Part shown: piece after piece, positions 52,145-63,302 of the stretch
How positions within the stretch are numbered: position 1 is the stretch's first letter
How the letters are laid out: each line of letters opens with the position of its first letter
Origin: Octopus vulgaris
Lineage: Eukaryota
Reading direction: 5' to 3'
Length of the DNA: 64,000 nt
NCBI GenBank assembly: GCA_951406725.2
Contig: OX597821.1
Location: 56,296,001-56,360,000, forward strand
Program-made: the position numbers and the translations under genes
Notes under the pieces: generated by a model
Database searches by the model: none
Told to the model about the DNA's origin: nothing
Seen by the model: the letters and a program-made list of their open reading frames with translations, nothing else

Positions 52145-55100
52145 TCAGGATTTGGGCACCAAGGCCCATTCGAGCAGAGAGTTATTGTTTGCGGAGACAT
52201 ATCCGGGTGTGGATGGTTTGTCCGGTACTGTTTGAAGGAATTTGTCCAAAGACTTCTTGAATTTTGTGTGGTCAGTTTCTTTTTTGACGTGTCCTGGTGT
52301 AATGTTGAAGAGAGCGGGTCCAATTGAGGTGAAATAGTTGTGCCGTATTGTCGTTATGTGATGCGATTTAGATTTTTGTTGTGGACGGATGGCACGTGGT
52401 CCAAGCCTTGGATGCATTTTGAAGGTGATGCCAACATCATTCGGACAGTGCTGATGGAATATTTTCCACATCATACAGATAATGTAGCGTTCACGGCGTC
52501 GTTGGAGTGAATACAATTTCAGCTTCTCTAGTCTACCCCAGTAGTCAAGGTCTGACATGCCATCTATCTTTTTTGTGATTGACCTTTGGGGAGCTTCAAT
52601 TCTCATAATATTTTGTTTTGTGTAGGGAGACCACAGTGGACAGCAGTATTCAAGGTGGGGTCGGGCAAAAGTGGAGAAGAGAAGGATAATAGCGTGGGAA
52701 TCTCTCGACTGGAAGGTTCTGAGAATCCAGGAACACATTCTGCGGGCCATGTCAACTTTGCTGCTTATATGTGTAGCCCAGCTTATGTTGTTGTCCACTG
52801 TTACTCCCAGGTCTCTGATGTTGTTGGATGCCATGAGAATTTCTCCAGAAGGAAGAGAGTATGGGAGTTTCAGAGCGTCCTCCCTTCCAAAGTGGATCAG
52901 TTCGAATTTGTCTTCATTTAGCAACATGTTATTCTTTTCCGCCCATTGGACAACAGCTAGTAGGTCTGACTGAAGGTTTATTCGGTCATCCACGCCATTG
53001 ATGACCTTCTGGAGCTTGGAATCATCAGCGAAGGTTCTGATGTTGCTGTGTTTGATGGTGTCAGTAATATCATTTATGTAGATGATGAAGAGAAGTGGGC
53101 CCAACACAGTGCCTTGTGGGACACCACTGCTGACTTTGGCTGGGCTGGATTTGACTCCTTCGACTACAACATGTTGGGTTCTGTTAGAGAGGAAGCACTT
53201 GATCCATTGCAGCAGCTTTCCAGTGACACCAATATTGGACAGCTTTCTCAGAAGGATCTTATGATCAACCCTGTCAAAGGCCTTGCTGAAATCAAGGTAG
53301 ATGACATCAGTGTTGGAACCCTCTCCCAAGGCTCTCAAAATGTCATCAAAATGATGCAGTAGCTGCGTCAGGCAATCTCTCCCATTACGGAATCCATGCT
53401 GGTTGGGGTTCAGCATATTATGACTCTCAAGGAAGTGAGTCATACGCGATCTCAGCACCCTCTCAAATACCTTGATGATATGAGAGGTGAGTGAGATTGG
53501 ACGGTAATTCACGGCAAGCGATTTGTTTCCTTTTTTGAAAACTGGGACAACAGACTGGGATAGAAGGTCTTCTGGTATATATCCAGCATCCAATGAGTTC
53601 CGCCACAGATTGGCTAGAGGGGGTGCAAGTTGGTTTTGACACATCTTCAAGACACAAGCAGGGAACCTATCGGGACCTACTGCTGAATTATGCTTCATTT
53701 CCTTTATTGCTGCTAAGACATCAGGAGCGCCAAATGTTATGTCCGATAAAGTGTATTGGGGAGTAACATCACTGATACAGCCCAGATCAGTCATATCAGG
53801 ATTGTTGAAAACAGAGCAATATTGTTTCTGCAATATTTCTCCCATGGTTTTGGCATTGTCTTGAAGAATACCATTTTCATCAATCAGAGGGCCAACAGTA
53901 GAACCAGTGACTCTGTGTTTTTTTGCAAATGAAAAGAACACTTTGGGATTGAGTTTGATCTTCTCAATGGCCCAGGCCTCTTCAGCTCTTCGCTGACTAT
54001 TGATGATAGACATCATGTTGTTTTGGAGTTTATGTTTTTTAATCTCTAGCGACGAGATGGCAGTCAGGTTGGTGTGTTGCTGTTGACAGTATTTCAGCAT
54101 GTTGATCTTTTTGTTGATTCTTTTAATTTTCCTTATGAGAGATTTTCTATTTCTAGGGATTCGACACTTAGATTTGTTTGCAGATCTTAATGGGGTGTGT
54201 CTTGCACATATGTTCGTGATGGTGTCTACAAGTGACTGCCAGGACTTTTTGATGTTAGTGGGTGTGTATGTGTGCGTGAAGGACCAATCGACTTGTGCAA
54301 GATCATTATTGATCGCTTCCCAGTTTGCATTGTGGAAATCCATAGTGTCAAATGGATGAACAGGAGGGATGACATTTGTTTTGCATTTTGGCCAGTGAAA
54401 TCTCAGATCACAGAGAACCATGTCATGGTCGGAGAGTAGGGTTTTCTCCACTGCAATATTGTGGATAGTATCAGTGTGATTGCTGAAAATTAAGTCTAAG
54501 ACGTTTTTGTGACATCTCGTTGGTTCGAGTACCAGTTGGGACAAGAAGAAGTCATCCATGAAGTCAAGAAGCGATTCCACTGCCTCCCTGTCAGGGGTTG
54601 AGAGAGAAGAACCTGGCGGCAGACTGTTTATAGACCAGTCAACCCCGGGAAGGTTGAAATCTCCCATCATTAAAATGTTGTCAGGTTGACACTGCTGAAT
54701 GAAACACTTTATGCTGTTGAGGCATTCCTTGAAGCATGGTAGGGGCGTTTGGGGTGGTCTGTAGAGCCCAACTACTGTTAAGTTGTTGGTTTGACTGAAT
54801 ACAGCGACTGCTTCGCAGTATCCATTCGAAAATATGTTCATGGCTTCTGTTGAGAATGAATCATGGACATAAATGGCAGTCCCACCCTTTCTTCTGCCAA
54901 CACGATCAGCACGAATGGTTTTGAAATTTTTAACTTTCACCTCGGCTTCCAAGTGGAGGTCACTAAGATGGGTTTCAGTGAGGACGAAGAAAGGGATGTG
55001 GTTTGGATGGGCCTCGACCCAGTCCTCCAGGAATCTTATCTTCCATTTTTGTGTATTGGTGGAAGGGCTGATGCCTTGGGCATTAAGCAGAAATGTTGAG

Positions 55101-55162
55101 GCGAGAGTGGATGGTTTTAATTGTTTTGGTGATTTGTTTATTTGATTGCTTTTTAATGGCAT
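52145..55162 (-). CDS. LINE ORF2 polyprotein: apurinic-like endonuclease plus reverse transcriptase (1005 aa, uninterrupted)
   Basis: APE motifs LLNAQG, TETHL, GLYRPP, MGDFN, LDLIF, SDH. RT motifs GPD, YRPISLTS, QHGFR, DFSKAFD, SGVPQGTVLGPLLF, FADD, RDLGV. No RNase H or C-terminal Zn knuckle is visible. Confidence 0.97.
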   Translation of the reverse strand: MPLKSNQINKSPKQLKPSTLASTFLLNAQGISPSTNTQKWKIRFLEDWVEAHPNHIPFFVLTETHLSDLHLEAEVKVKNFKTIRADRVGRRKGGTAIYVHDSFSTEAMNIFSNGYCEAVAVFSQTNNLTVVGLYRPPQTPLPCFKECLNSIKCFIQQCQPDNILMMGDFNLPGVDWSINSLPPGSSLSTPDREAVESLLDFMDDFFLSQLVLEPTRCHKNVLDLIFSNHTDTIHNIAVEKTLLSDHDMVLCDLRFHWPKCKTNVIPPVHPFDTMDFHNANWEAINNDLAQVDWSFTHTYTPTNIKKSWQSLVDTITNICARHTPLRSANKSKCRIPRNRKSLIRKIKRINKKINMLKYCQQQHTNLTAISSLEIKKHKLQNNMMSIINSQRRAEEAWAIEKIKLNPKVFFSFAKKHRVTGSTVGPLIDENGILQDNAKTMGEILQKQYCSVFNNPDMTDLGCISDVTPQYTLSDITFGAPDVLAAIKEMKHNSAVGPDRFPACVLKMCQNQLAPPLANLWRNSLDAGYIPEDLLSQSVVPVFKKGNKSLAVNYRPISLTSHIIKVFERVLRSRMTHFLESHNMLNPNQHGFRNGRDCLTQLLHHFDDILRALGEGSNTDVIYLDFSKAFDRVDHKILLRKLSNIGVTGKLLQWIKCFLSNRTQHVVVEGVKSSPAKVSSGVPQGTVLGPLLFIIYINDITDTIKHSNIRTFADDSKLQKVINGVDDRINLQSDLLAVVQWAEKNNMLLNEDKFELIHFGREDALKLPYSLPSGEILMASNNIRDLGVTVDNNISWATHISSKVDMARRMCSWILRTFQSRDSHAIILLFSTFARPHLEYCCPLWSPYTKQNIMRIEAPQRSITKKIDGMSDLDYWGRLEKLKLYSLQRRRERYIICMMWKIFHQHCPNDVGITFKMHPRLGPRAIRPQQKSKSHHITTIRHNYFTSIGPALFNITPGHVKKETDHTKFKKSLDKFLQTVPDKPSTPGYVSANNNSLLEWALVPKS

Positions 55163-55924
55163 GTGTAGTGGGGTAATAGTGGTGGATGGCGGTGGGTGAT
55201 AGCTCGGATGTTTTTTTCCAGTTCTTTTGCTAGATTCATTATAGCTAAAAAAGAGGAAGAAGAGGTGGTTTCCTGTCTAGGGAACCGCAGGTGACTGTGG
55301 CTGCGGCTATTTTTATGTGAGTGGTTATCTTTAAATGTCCGACGAGTCCCCGGGAGATGGGTAAAGGGGCAATCCCTGTGCAAACACAATCTGTCTCGCT
55401 GGGAATAGCGGCAGATTTGGGGATTCCTTGTTTGAGATATTGGTGGTTGTGGTGATGTTGTATTATGGTGGTTGCTGTTGTAGTTTGTGGGGATAGAGCG
55501 TTTTGTTCCAGGTAAATGGGTGAATTTGCAGTCTCTATCAGTGCACAGTCTATGGCGAAGAGAATATCGGCAAATGATGGGGTTTCGAGTGGGTGTGTAG
55601 GTGCGTGTATGTGTGTGAGCTGTGAAAGGTGTAGATGATAGTTTGAAGTTTTGGCGACCTTTGTGACCTGTAGGAGGTAAATTCCTTGAGATAGCATTAG
55701 TAGTAGTAGCTGTAGTAGTAGTAGTAGTAGTAGGTAGAAGAGATGTTGACGGTGGTAATGATTGAGGAGGTCGATTCCAAGACAAAGATGTTTGTCGATA
55801 TATAGTGGGAGTAGTACTAGTAGTAGTAAGCAGAGGAGATGGTGTTGACAATGATGATGATTGAGCTGCTGGGGCAGTGAAAGGAAGGGGTGGTGCTTCC
55901 TGCTGTGTGACCCTGATGACTGGG

Positions 55925-55926
<2 letters not shown>
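55153..55926 (-). CDS. LINE ORF1, 5'-truncated: Ser/Thr/Pro-rich region plus two tandem CCCH zinc fingers
   Basis: [19 protein letters not shown] (55516-55572) and [19 protein letters not shown] (55357-55413), both C-x8-C-x4-C-x3-H. The stop overlaps the ORF2 ATG by 10 nt. The element has no in-frame start upstream of the fingers (the Met in the ORF track lies in the (TA)n tract). Confidence 0.8.
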
Positions 55927-55975
<49 letters not shown>

Positions 55976-56125
55976 CATATATACACATATATATATATAT
56001 ACGTATACATATATATATATGTATATATATACATATATGTATATGTATTTATTGTATATACATATTTATTGTATATACATATTTATTGTATATACATATA
56101 TATATGTATATATATACATATATGT

Positions 56126-56224
<99 letters not shown>

Positions 56225-56260
56225 TGTATACACATATATATATATTTATATTTATATACG
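55927..56260. repeat. Long (TA)n-rich microsatellite
   Basis: Read directly from the sequence. Confidence 0.95.
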
Positions 56261-56279
56261 CGTATATTTTTCTGCATAT

Positions 56280-56906
56280 ACCCAGGCCTAGCACCCGTGT
56301 TTTTGGCAGGGGTAGCCACAACATGACACAAACCGGGCATTCCACCCATTTCCCAGCTCAAAGAGGCGAGCTCCGTTCTATATGCTCGCGTGAAGGCATA
56401 GAACGCAACCCTCAGTATCAGCAGTGGAGCCTGACAGCGTATGCAGGCTTATCCCCACCGCATAATGCTGGTTCTGTACCCCTATCAAATTTACTCCTCC
56501 GTCCACAAACACTCTCCAGGCTTTTCTATCACTTATAAATTCTCTTACTTCTCTCACTCCAACACTTCTAACCACCAAGCTTTCCCTACTCCATCCATCC
56601 ACACAAACCGAGGTCTGCATCTGGTTCTGTTGCCTACTATTTCTGCCTTAACCACCTTCTTTACCATTCATTCCTCATCCATCCACTCCATGTGGCCAAA
56701 ACACCTCAACATTCGTCTATCCATTCTGGTTGTTAGTTTTTCTCTCACTTCTGCTCGCCTTCTCATCTCCTCATTCCTCATCCTGTCCATCCGTGTCACA
56801 TCAACCTTAGCCCTCAAACACCTCATCTCAAACACATCTAGTCGCCTCCTTTCCACCTCTCTCAGCATCCACGTCTCTGCATCATATAACATTGTTGGCA
56901 CAACCA
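56280..56906 (-). mobile_element. RTE-clade LINE 3' fragment (ORF C-terminus plus 3' UTR)
   Basis: VVPTMLYDAETWMLREVERRRLDVFEMRCLR..VTRMDRMRNEEMR..MLRCFGHMEWMDEE*..RTRCRPRFVWMDGV..DRKAWR. Confidence 0.88.
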
Positions 56907-58692
56907 GAATTAGATTCACTGAGTGAATTAGGAATTTCTTTTTTCAAGGACTAAGTAGGTACATATGATATGCAACAAATATGTATACAAACAATAGATT
57001 CAAAGAAAAGAACAGGGATACTTGAAAATAATGGAGGTAAATTGGTATGAATAACCAAACAAAAAACCTATCGATAAATTATGTACATGAACTCTGAAAA
57101 GACAGTACACCCCTTTAAGAAAATCGTAGACAGCTACTCAGCAGACACTAAATATTGCTTATAACGATAACAAAATAATATATTTATAGAAAACATTTAT
57201 ACTACACTATTGATGTTAACGCATTCTGGTTGCCAAACTAATGATAAATGATCTAAAGCGAGACCAAAGGGTATGAATGAGGGCAGACGTTAGATAACCA
57301 TTATCTTGAATTTGATCTAAAATGTGGTGTAATCCAAACGAGAAAAAAATATCATAAACTATGCAGTATAGTTAATTGCACCTCTCTTAATGTGAATTTT
57401 ATCCTCTCTGTCATCTTCGTATATTGTTTTGAACTGATAATGTTAAAATGAACTTTCTTTTATTATTTCCCTCATGTCTGTTCTATCATAGGCGAAACAC
57501 GAGAGGTGAGGAGGAGGTATGAGCTTTCTTCGGTCAAATGTAATGTTCTTTTTTTTTTTAGGTGGCGTGGAGCTTTCTGTGAAGACCCACAAATAACGTC
57601 CACTGCGTTTTTCGTTTTCTTTTTACTTTCGTCTTTCCCTGAGGTGTGCTATGACGATTCACAAGTACGCCCAAAATTTTTAACGGAGCATTCTGATTGG
57701 TGTAAAATGGTAAACGTCTTTAAGTAAAAATATCAGACCAGCAAAAAAACATTAATGATAAAGTCTATAAATTTCCATCCACGAGTTATTTTATTTATTA
57801 TTATATTATCCTAAGTTGTTAGGATGTATAACCATTCAATAGGATTACACTGAAAGATGGGAATAACAGGTGGTAGCCGACCACAAGAAGGATATTCTTC
57901 CGAATTGTTTGCCTTCATTAGACTGTGAACTTGGATTGCATTTTGGAGGGGGGAATTTGAATAGGTTTGGAATTCAAGTTGAATGCACGTTATAAAACTA
58001 ATGAAAAAAGAGAAAAAGTCAGAATTTGCAATGAGGGAATTGTTATATTTTTAATGACGTGAAACATTTTGTGTACTATGGAACGACTCTTTAAGATATA
58101 TTTTCCTACAGGAATCGGTGAAACTGTGGCTTGATATAAATGTTATACTAGTCGGTTTACCGGCTTACTTCAACAGACAAATAAACATATATTGTTAATC
58201 ATACCTTTCTTCGATTCAATGAGTACTGTAAAATACATTGTAGCTGCATATGAGACACAGTTAGACTCTGCTATTCCATTCTTTAGAAAAGAGGAAATAT
58301 TTACCGCTTAAAATGTCGCACGTGGGCGAATTTTCATTTTTACCATTGATGTATCTCCGATATTAAATTTAGTTGTTCAATAACCAAAGATTAATAAAGA
58401 TAAGAGATTTTACTGCGGACAACCTGACATATTTAGCTATGTGTGAGGGCAAATGATATGAAGTTTTCAGCTGGTCAAACCCGCTGCCGACAGTTCACTG
58501 ATCACTGCTCTCGCCATAGACTATTTTGAAACAAACATATCCATTTAAACCATAGTTTAAATTTTCACTGAGATCTCTATCAAATATTACAAAACGTCAT
58601 AAAATATATATAGTTCAACTCAATAAAATTCTTAACCCTCGAAATTTATAATTCCTGGTTGCAAGATTCTAAAATTTTATATGTGCTGGAAT

Positions 58693-58694
<2 letters not shown>

Positions 58695-58758
<64 letters not shown>

Positions 58759-58763
58759 CTCTC
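58695..58763. repeat. (CT)n microsatellite
   Basis: Read directly from the sequence. Confidence 0.95.
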
Positions 58764-59094
58764 CTCAATAAAACTGGGAACAATTTGTAGTTATTCATAG
58801 TTGCGTGAGTCGTACTTCGCCCGAAATGCGAATCCGATGTTAATAATATAAGCTGATTAAATACGCTCTTACACGACCTTAGATTTATATCACTTTGAGC
58901 TATTATGTGGCCTGAGAATCAAAATATTGTAAGTTAAACTTCTCTGAGTGGCATGCAACATCTAGGAAGATACGCTATATGATAGCCGACATAGAAATCT
59001 AGAGCTAATCGATTCAGAGACAGGAAGAAGTGAGTGAGTACGGAGTAAATTTATACACACATACATACACAACTATATATTAATATACATATAA

Positions 59095-59139
<45 letters not shown>

Positions 59140-61464
59140 GAGAAAGAGAGAAAGAGAGAAATGATGAGTAGCAAACAGGTATGGCATTCAAAAGCTTTAT
59201 AGTACTCACGTGAAATATCGAAATGATTATATAGCAGTAATGAAATATTTTGCAAACGGGCGCGCTGGTATCGTTATCACGCCGCGAAAATGCTTAGCGA
59301 CTCAAAGCGGGAGTCCCTACATGGCCGCGGTCAAATGACTGAAACCAGTAAAAGATAAATTATGCAAATTACGTAATCAGGGTCCCGCAATACATATCCA
59401 CTACTCAGCCCAATCTTGGTTGCGTGTCGCACTTTACTGTACCCATCATATGTGTATATGTATGTATGCATGTATGTAGATCTATTTTTTCTTCGAAAAT
59501 TTTAATTTCTTCTGTCGATACTCTAAGCCTTATTACTGAATTAATCCGTTTATCCTTTCTAGTTTTATTATTAAGCAAGAAAACAGAATACTATTTGGAA
59601 ATACAAAAGGGCAGTATTACAATGCAGCTAATCATTTTTACGTAATTTTCCAGAAACTAATATAGTTTATTATTTATTTGTACCAAGACTAATTGTTTAA
59701 GAAGTTACATTTCTTTGCAATGTATTATACTTAGAGCTGCGATGAATTTAGCTTTAATCAGAAGCCAAAATCGAGCTGCTTTCTCTGTTCGTCGCGAAGC
59801 TTTTAACTCATATGTTTATGTAACTCGCTCCGGTTCATATGTTGAATTATTAACTACCAACTGCAACAGTATGTCTTAGTCGCTTATCACAGATTACTAA
59901 AACATTAATTATTGAGTTTACTCTAAAGATTTTATCAATATGTTAATTTGAAGCATTTGACTTCTATCTGCTATTTGCATTTATGAATGATGTATGGGAA
60001 TAATCAAGAGGGTTCTTCAGTGTTGAATCAGCCAATATCGTCATGGTGATGGCATATATTTTCATGGTGGTAACAGATACATTTCAGTGGCTTCCCGTTC
60101 TATATTTCTATTTTATACTGCAGTAAATATCCTGCATTAATTTTCTCACCCCAACTGGAGATAATTAAAGCAGTAATTAATTAATGATTAGTCCTACCCC
60201 GTTAAATGCACTTATATTTAATACATCTAAATATAGAAACAAGCATTGTAAAAAAAATATGGTGTTATCAAAATCAACGCTCAGACCAGTGGTTTTAAAA
60301 TATTTTGTGTTATTTTTAAAAGGAAATAGTTAAGACATTTCCTTTATTATAAAACGTGTCGTTCGAAAACGTGTCTTGTGGAAAACAATATTATCTGTTT
60401 AGAAAGAAATATAACGACATAGTGCTGAACTTTGTTCATTTATTCAGAAAATATGGGAAGCAATTTGATTCTCAATTTTATTTTACTTTTCGTTTTACAC
60501 AGCTTCATTTTATCCTAGATAACTAACTGCAGATGAGACATGAGGTTATGTTACATTCTGTTTCTTCGCAAAATATTTCATTTTAGCTGTTTTAAATTCC
60601 CTGAACTGAAGAAGTTAAGATCCCATAAACCAACACAATACACAGAAGAATATAATGTAAAAATATGGGACCAGAATGACTTCTTTCGCAAAGTTAAATA
60701 TGTTATTGCATTTACGTGTTTGCGAGTGTTTACAACTGCCGTGCTAAAACTGAACTGTTTGCGCAAAATCTAACATTTATTTCGGTAGAATAAGGTCCCA
60801 GAACTGAAGGCCTTAATTGCGTAGTGTTATCCAATCATCAAATTCTTTTGCAGACCCTAAATGTGATGGTCGGTTTGTAGTGCTTCAAAAAAGACGACGA
60901 TTTTACTGAGTTTTTTGTGGATAAAATTTTGACTAGCGCGCAGCGAGGTGTGGTACAAAGCCTCCAAAAAATACTCTTCATTATACTTGATCGTTAATCC
61001 AGAGTCATTGCAGAACCTTCACACAGACTCATTCAGGAAAGCGTTTTGGGATCTGTGCAGTAAATAAGTTGGGTGGAAAATAAACCAGCCAGCAGAACGT
61101 TTGTGCGAAAAGTTCCGTCAAAGCGATAAGCAATATCATGATCATCACGATAGATGGACTAGCGAGGAAAAGATATGTTCATGTATTTGCAAATGTATGT
61201 GTCGTGTGTAAATATTGAATTAATGAAAGTTATGAATCATTCGGGAAGTTTATGATTTTCATTAATCCAATAAGCTACGACTTCCATATTTATAATGTCG
61301 CAAAATGTGTTTTGAAGGAGACTTGGGTACTATTTCTAGCGGTAACTAAAGAATCATCAAGGACAAAATATTGACGTAAGTTTATAATAGGATTGACGAA
61401 GGATCCTCTACTTAGTAGTTAGGTCTACTAGAAATAGTTGCCAAATAATGTAGTAGTAACTTAA

Positions 61465-61600
61465 CGGTTAGGCAAAAGATACCGATAGAATAAGTACTAG
61501 GCTTCCACAGAATTTAGTCCTGGGGGCGATTTGCTCGACTAAAGGCGGTGTTCCAGCATGGCCGCAGTCAAAATGACTGAAACAAGTAAAAGAGTAAAAA
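61465..61600 (+). mobile_element. SINE family B 3' fragment
   Basis: CCGATAGAATAAGTACTAGGCTT..TCGACTAAAGGCGGTG.TCCAGCATGGCCGCAGTCAAA.TGACTGAAACAAGTAAAAGA. Confidence 0.8.
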
Positions 61601-62002
61601 GAGAGAGTAATATTTACCAAAAAATGGGATGATCATGGGTGGAACGCCTATATCCTCAATCAACGCAGTACTTAAATGACATAACCAATATCAACAACAG
61701 CTGTTTTTTATGAAGTTTCAAATCGAAATTTTCATTTGCTTTCTCATACAAAGGGGAGAAAATATGTCTAGAGTGGAAAACATAGGTTGAGCTTTATTTA
61801 AACTGTTAATGTGTCAGAAGATAGGCAAGCGGAAAGCGGGTAAAATCATTACAACGCTGGGGAAAATGCTTACCAAGATCTTGTTTCGACCTATCCTCTA
61901 TAAAATCATTAACTAATATCAACAAAGAATACTGACAACAACAACAACGACGACGACGACGACGATGACGATGATGACGATGACGATGACGACGACGACG
62001 AC

Positions 62003-62033
<31 letters not shown>

Positions 62034-62039
62034 CATTTT

Positions 62040-63075
62040 AATGTAGGCACAAGACCTGAAATTTGGTGCGGAGTTACTAGTTGATTACATCCATCCCAAG
62101 CGCTCAGCTGGTACTCATGATATTTTCACCCGACGTTAAAAGACAAAGTCGATCTCGACGGAATTTGAATTCAGAACATAAAGATGGACGAAATGCCATT
62201 AAGAATTTTGCTCTGAGTGCTGAGGAATCTGTCAACTCGCTGTAAAATTCTTTCAAATGTAGGCACAAAAATAATAATTTCTCCAATCGGAACAAAGCCT
62301 GAAATTTTGGGGTGGGGGCTAGTCGACTATATCGATCTCAGTGCTCGACTGGTACATATTTTATCGCTTCCAAAAAGCAAAGTCGACCTCGGTGGAATTT
62401 GAACTCAGAGCGCTAAAAGCTGGAAGAAATACCACTTTTATCCAGCACGCTAACAATTCTGGGCAAAATGACAAAAACTTTAGTCGAATAAATGCTATCT
62501 TGTACTTCACAATTTCCTTATTCCATTGATATGGAGGATGAAAGGCAAAGTTTACTTCGACGGGAATTTAAAATCAGCAAGCAATTACCGTAACTAAATA
62601 TCCATTTCTACACTAGGTACAAGGCCCGAAATTTTGCGGGAGGGGGCCAGTCGATTAGAACGACCTCAGTACGCAACTGGTACTTAACTTATCGATCCCG
62701 AAGGGATAAAATGTAAAGTCGACCTCGACGGAATTTGAACTCAGATCGCAATGACAGACGAAATACCACTAAGCATTTCGCCCGGCAAAGTCGACCTCGG
62801 CGGAATTTGAACTCAGAACGTAACGGCAGAAGAAATACCTATTTCTTTACTACCCACAAGGGGCTACCCACAGTGAGGACAAGCAAGGACAGACAAAGGG
62901 GCATTAAGTCGATTATATCGACCCCAGTGTGCAATTGGTACATATTTAATCGACCCTGAAAGGATGAAAGGCAAAGTCGACCTCGACAGAATTTGAACTC
63001 AGAACGTAGCGGTAGACGAAATACCGCTAAGCATTTCGCCCGGCGTGCTAACGATTCTGCCAGCTCGCCGCCTTA
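62040..63075 (-). mobile_element. Head-to-tail cluster of about six full or partial SINE family A copies
   Basis: AAAGTCGACCTCG.CGGAATTTGAACTCAG-like blocks recur at about 62146, 62379, 62547, 62715, 62787 and 62973. The cluster ends in the complete head CGTGCTAACGATTCTGCCAGCTCGCCGCCT. Confidence 0.9.
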
Positions 63076-63139
63076 CCGTAACTAAATATCATAAAACATT
63101 TCTCAACGTCGTGAAAGTGCTGCTGGTGGTGGCAGTTAC

Positions 63140-63184
63140 AGTAGCAGCAGCAGTAGCAGCAGCAGCAACAGCAACATCAGCATC

Positions 63185-63264
<80 letters not shown>

Positions 63265-63266
63265 TG

Positions 63267-63301
<35 letters not shown>
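63140..63301. repeat. (CAG)n/(TAG)n microsatellite
   Basis: Read directly from the sequence. Confidence 0.95.

Positions 63302-63302
<1 letters not shown>

Larger units (their letters stand above)
52059..55926 (-). mobile_element. APE+RT LINE, copy 2, with intact ORF2 and partial ORF1, inserted in (TA)n
   Basis: Two-ORF structure. The 3' UTR has a GGCCA-ATAC-TGGCC hairpin and a (TTCTAAGTTA)n tail. (TA)n tracts abut both ends (52030-52058 and from 55927). Confidence 0.97.

Noticed and set aside
41141-55145. Antisense or alternative-frame ORFs inside the two LINEs (for example 41141-41959, 52586-52921, 54873-55145)
   Set aside because: They are shadows of the ORF2 reading frame with no independent motifs.
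55927-56034. N-terminal extension of the 293-aa ORF (MYIYTYIY...)
   Set aside because: It lies in the flanking (TA)n tract rather than in the element. ORF1 is 5'-truncated.
60700-60850. Minus-strand LDN...PYSTEIN resembling a Tc1/IS630 catalytic motif
   Set aside because: The spacing is wrong and there are no supporting motifs or TIRs.
62040-63075. Regularly recurring conserved 30-mers that superficially resemble a CRISPR array
   Set aside because: The intervening sequences are homologous SINE body rather than unique spacers. The context is eukaryotic and there are no cas genes.
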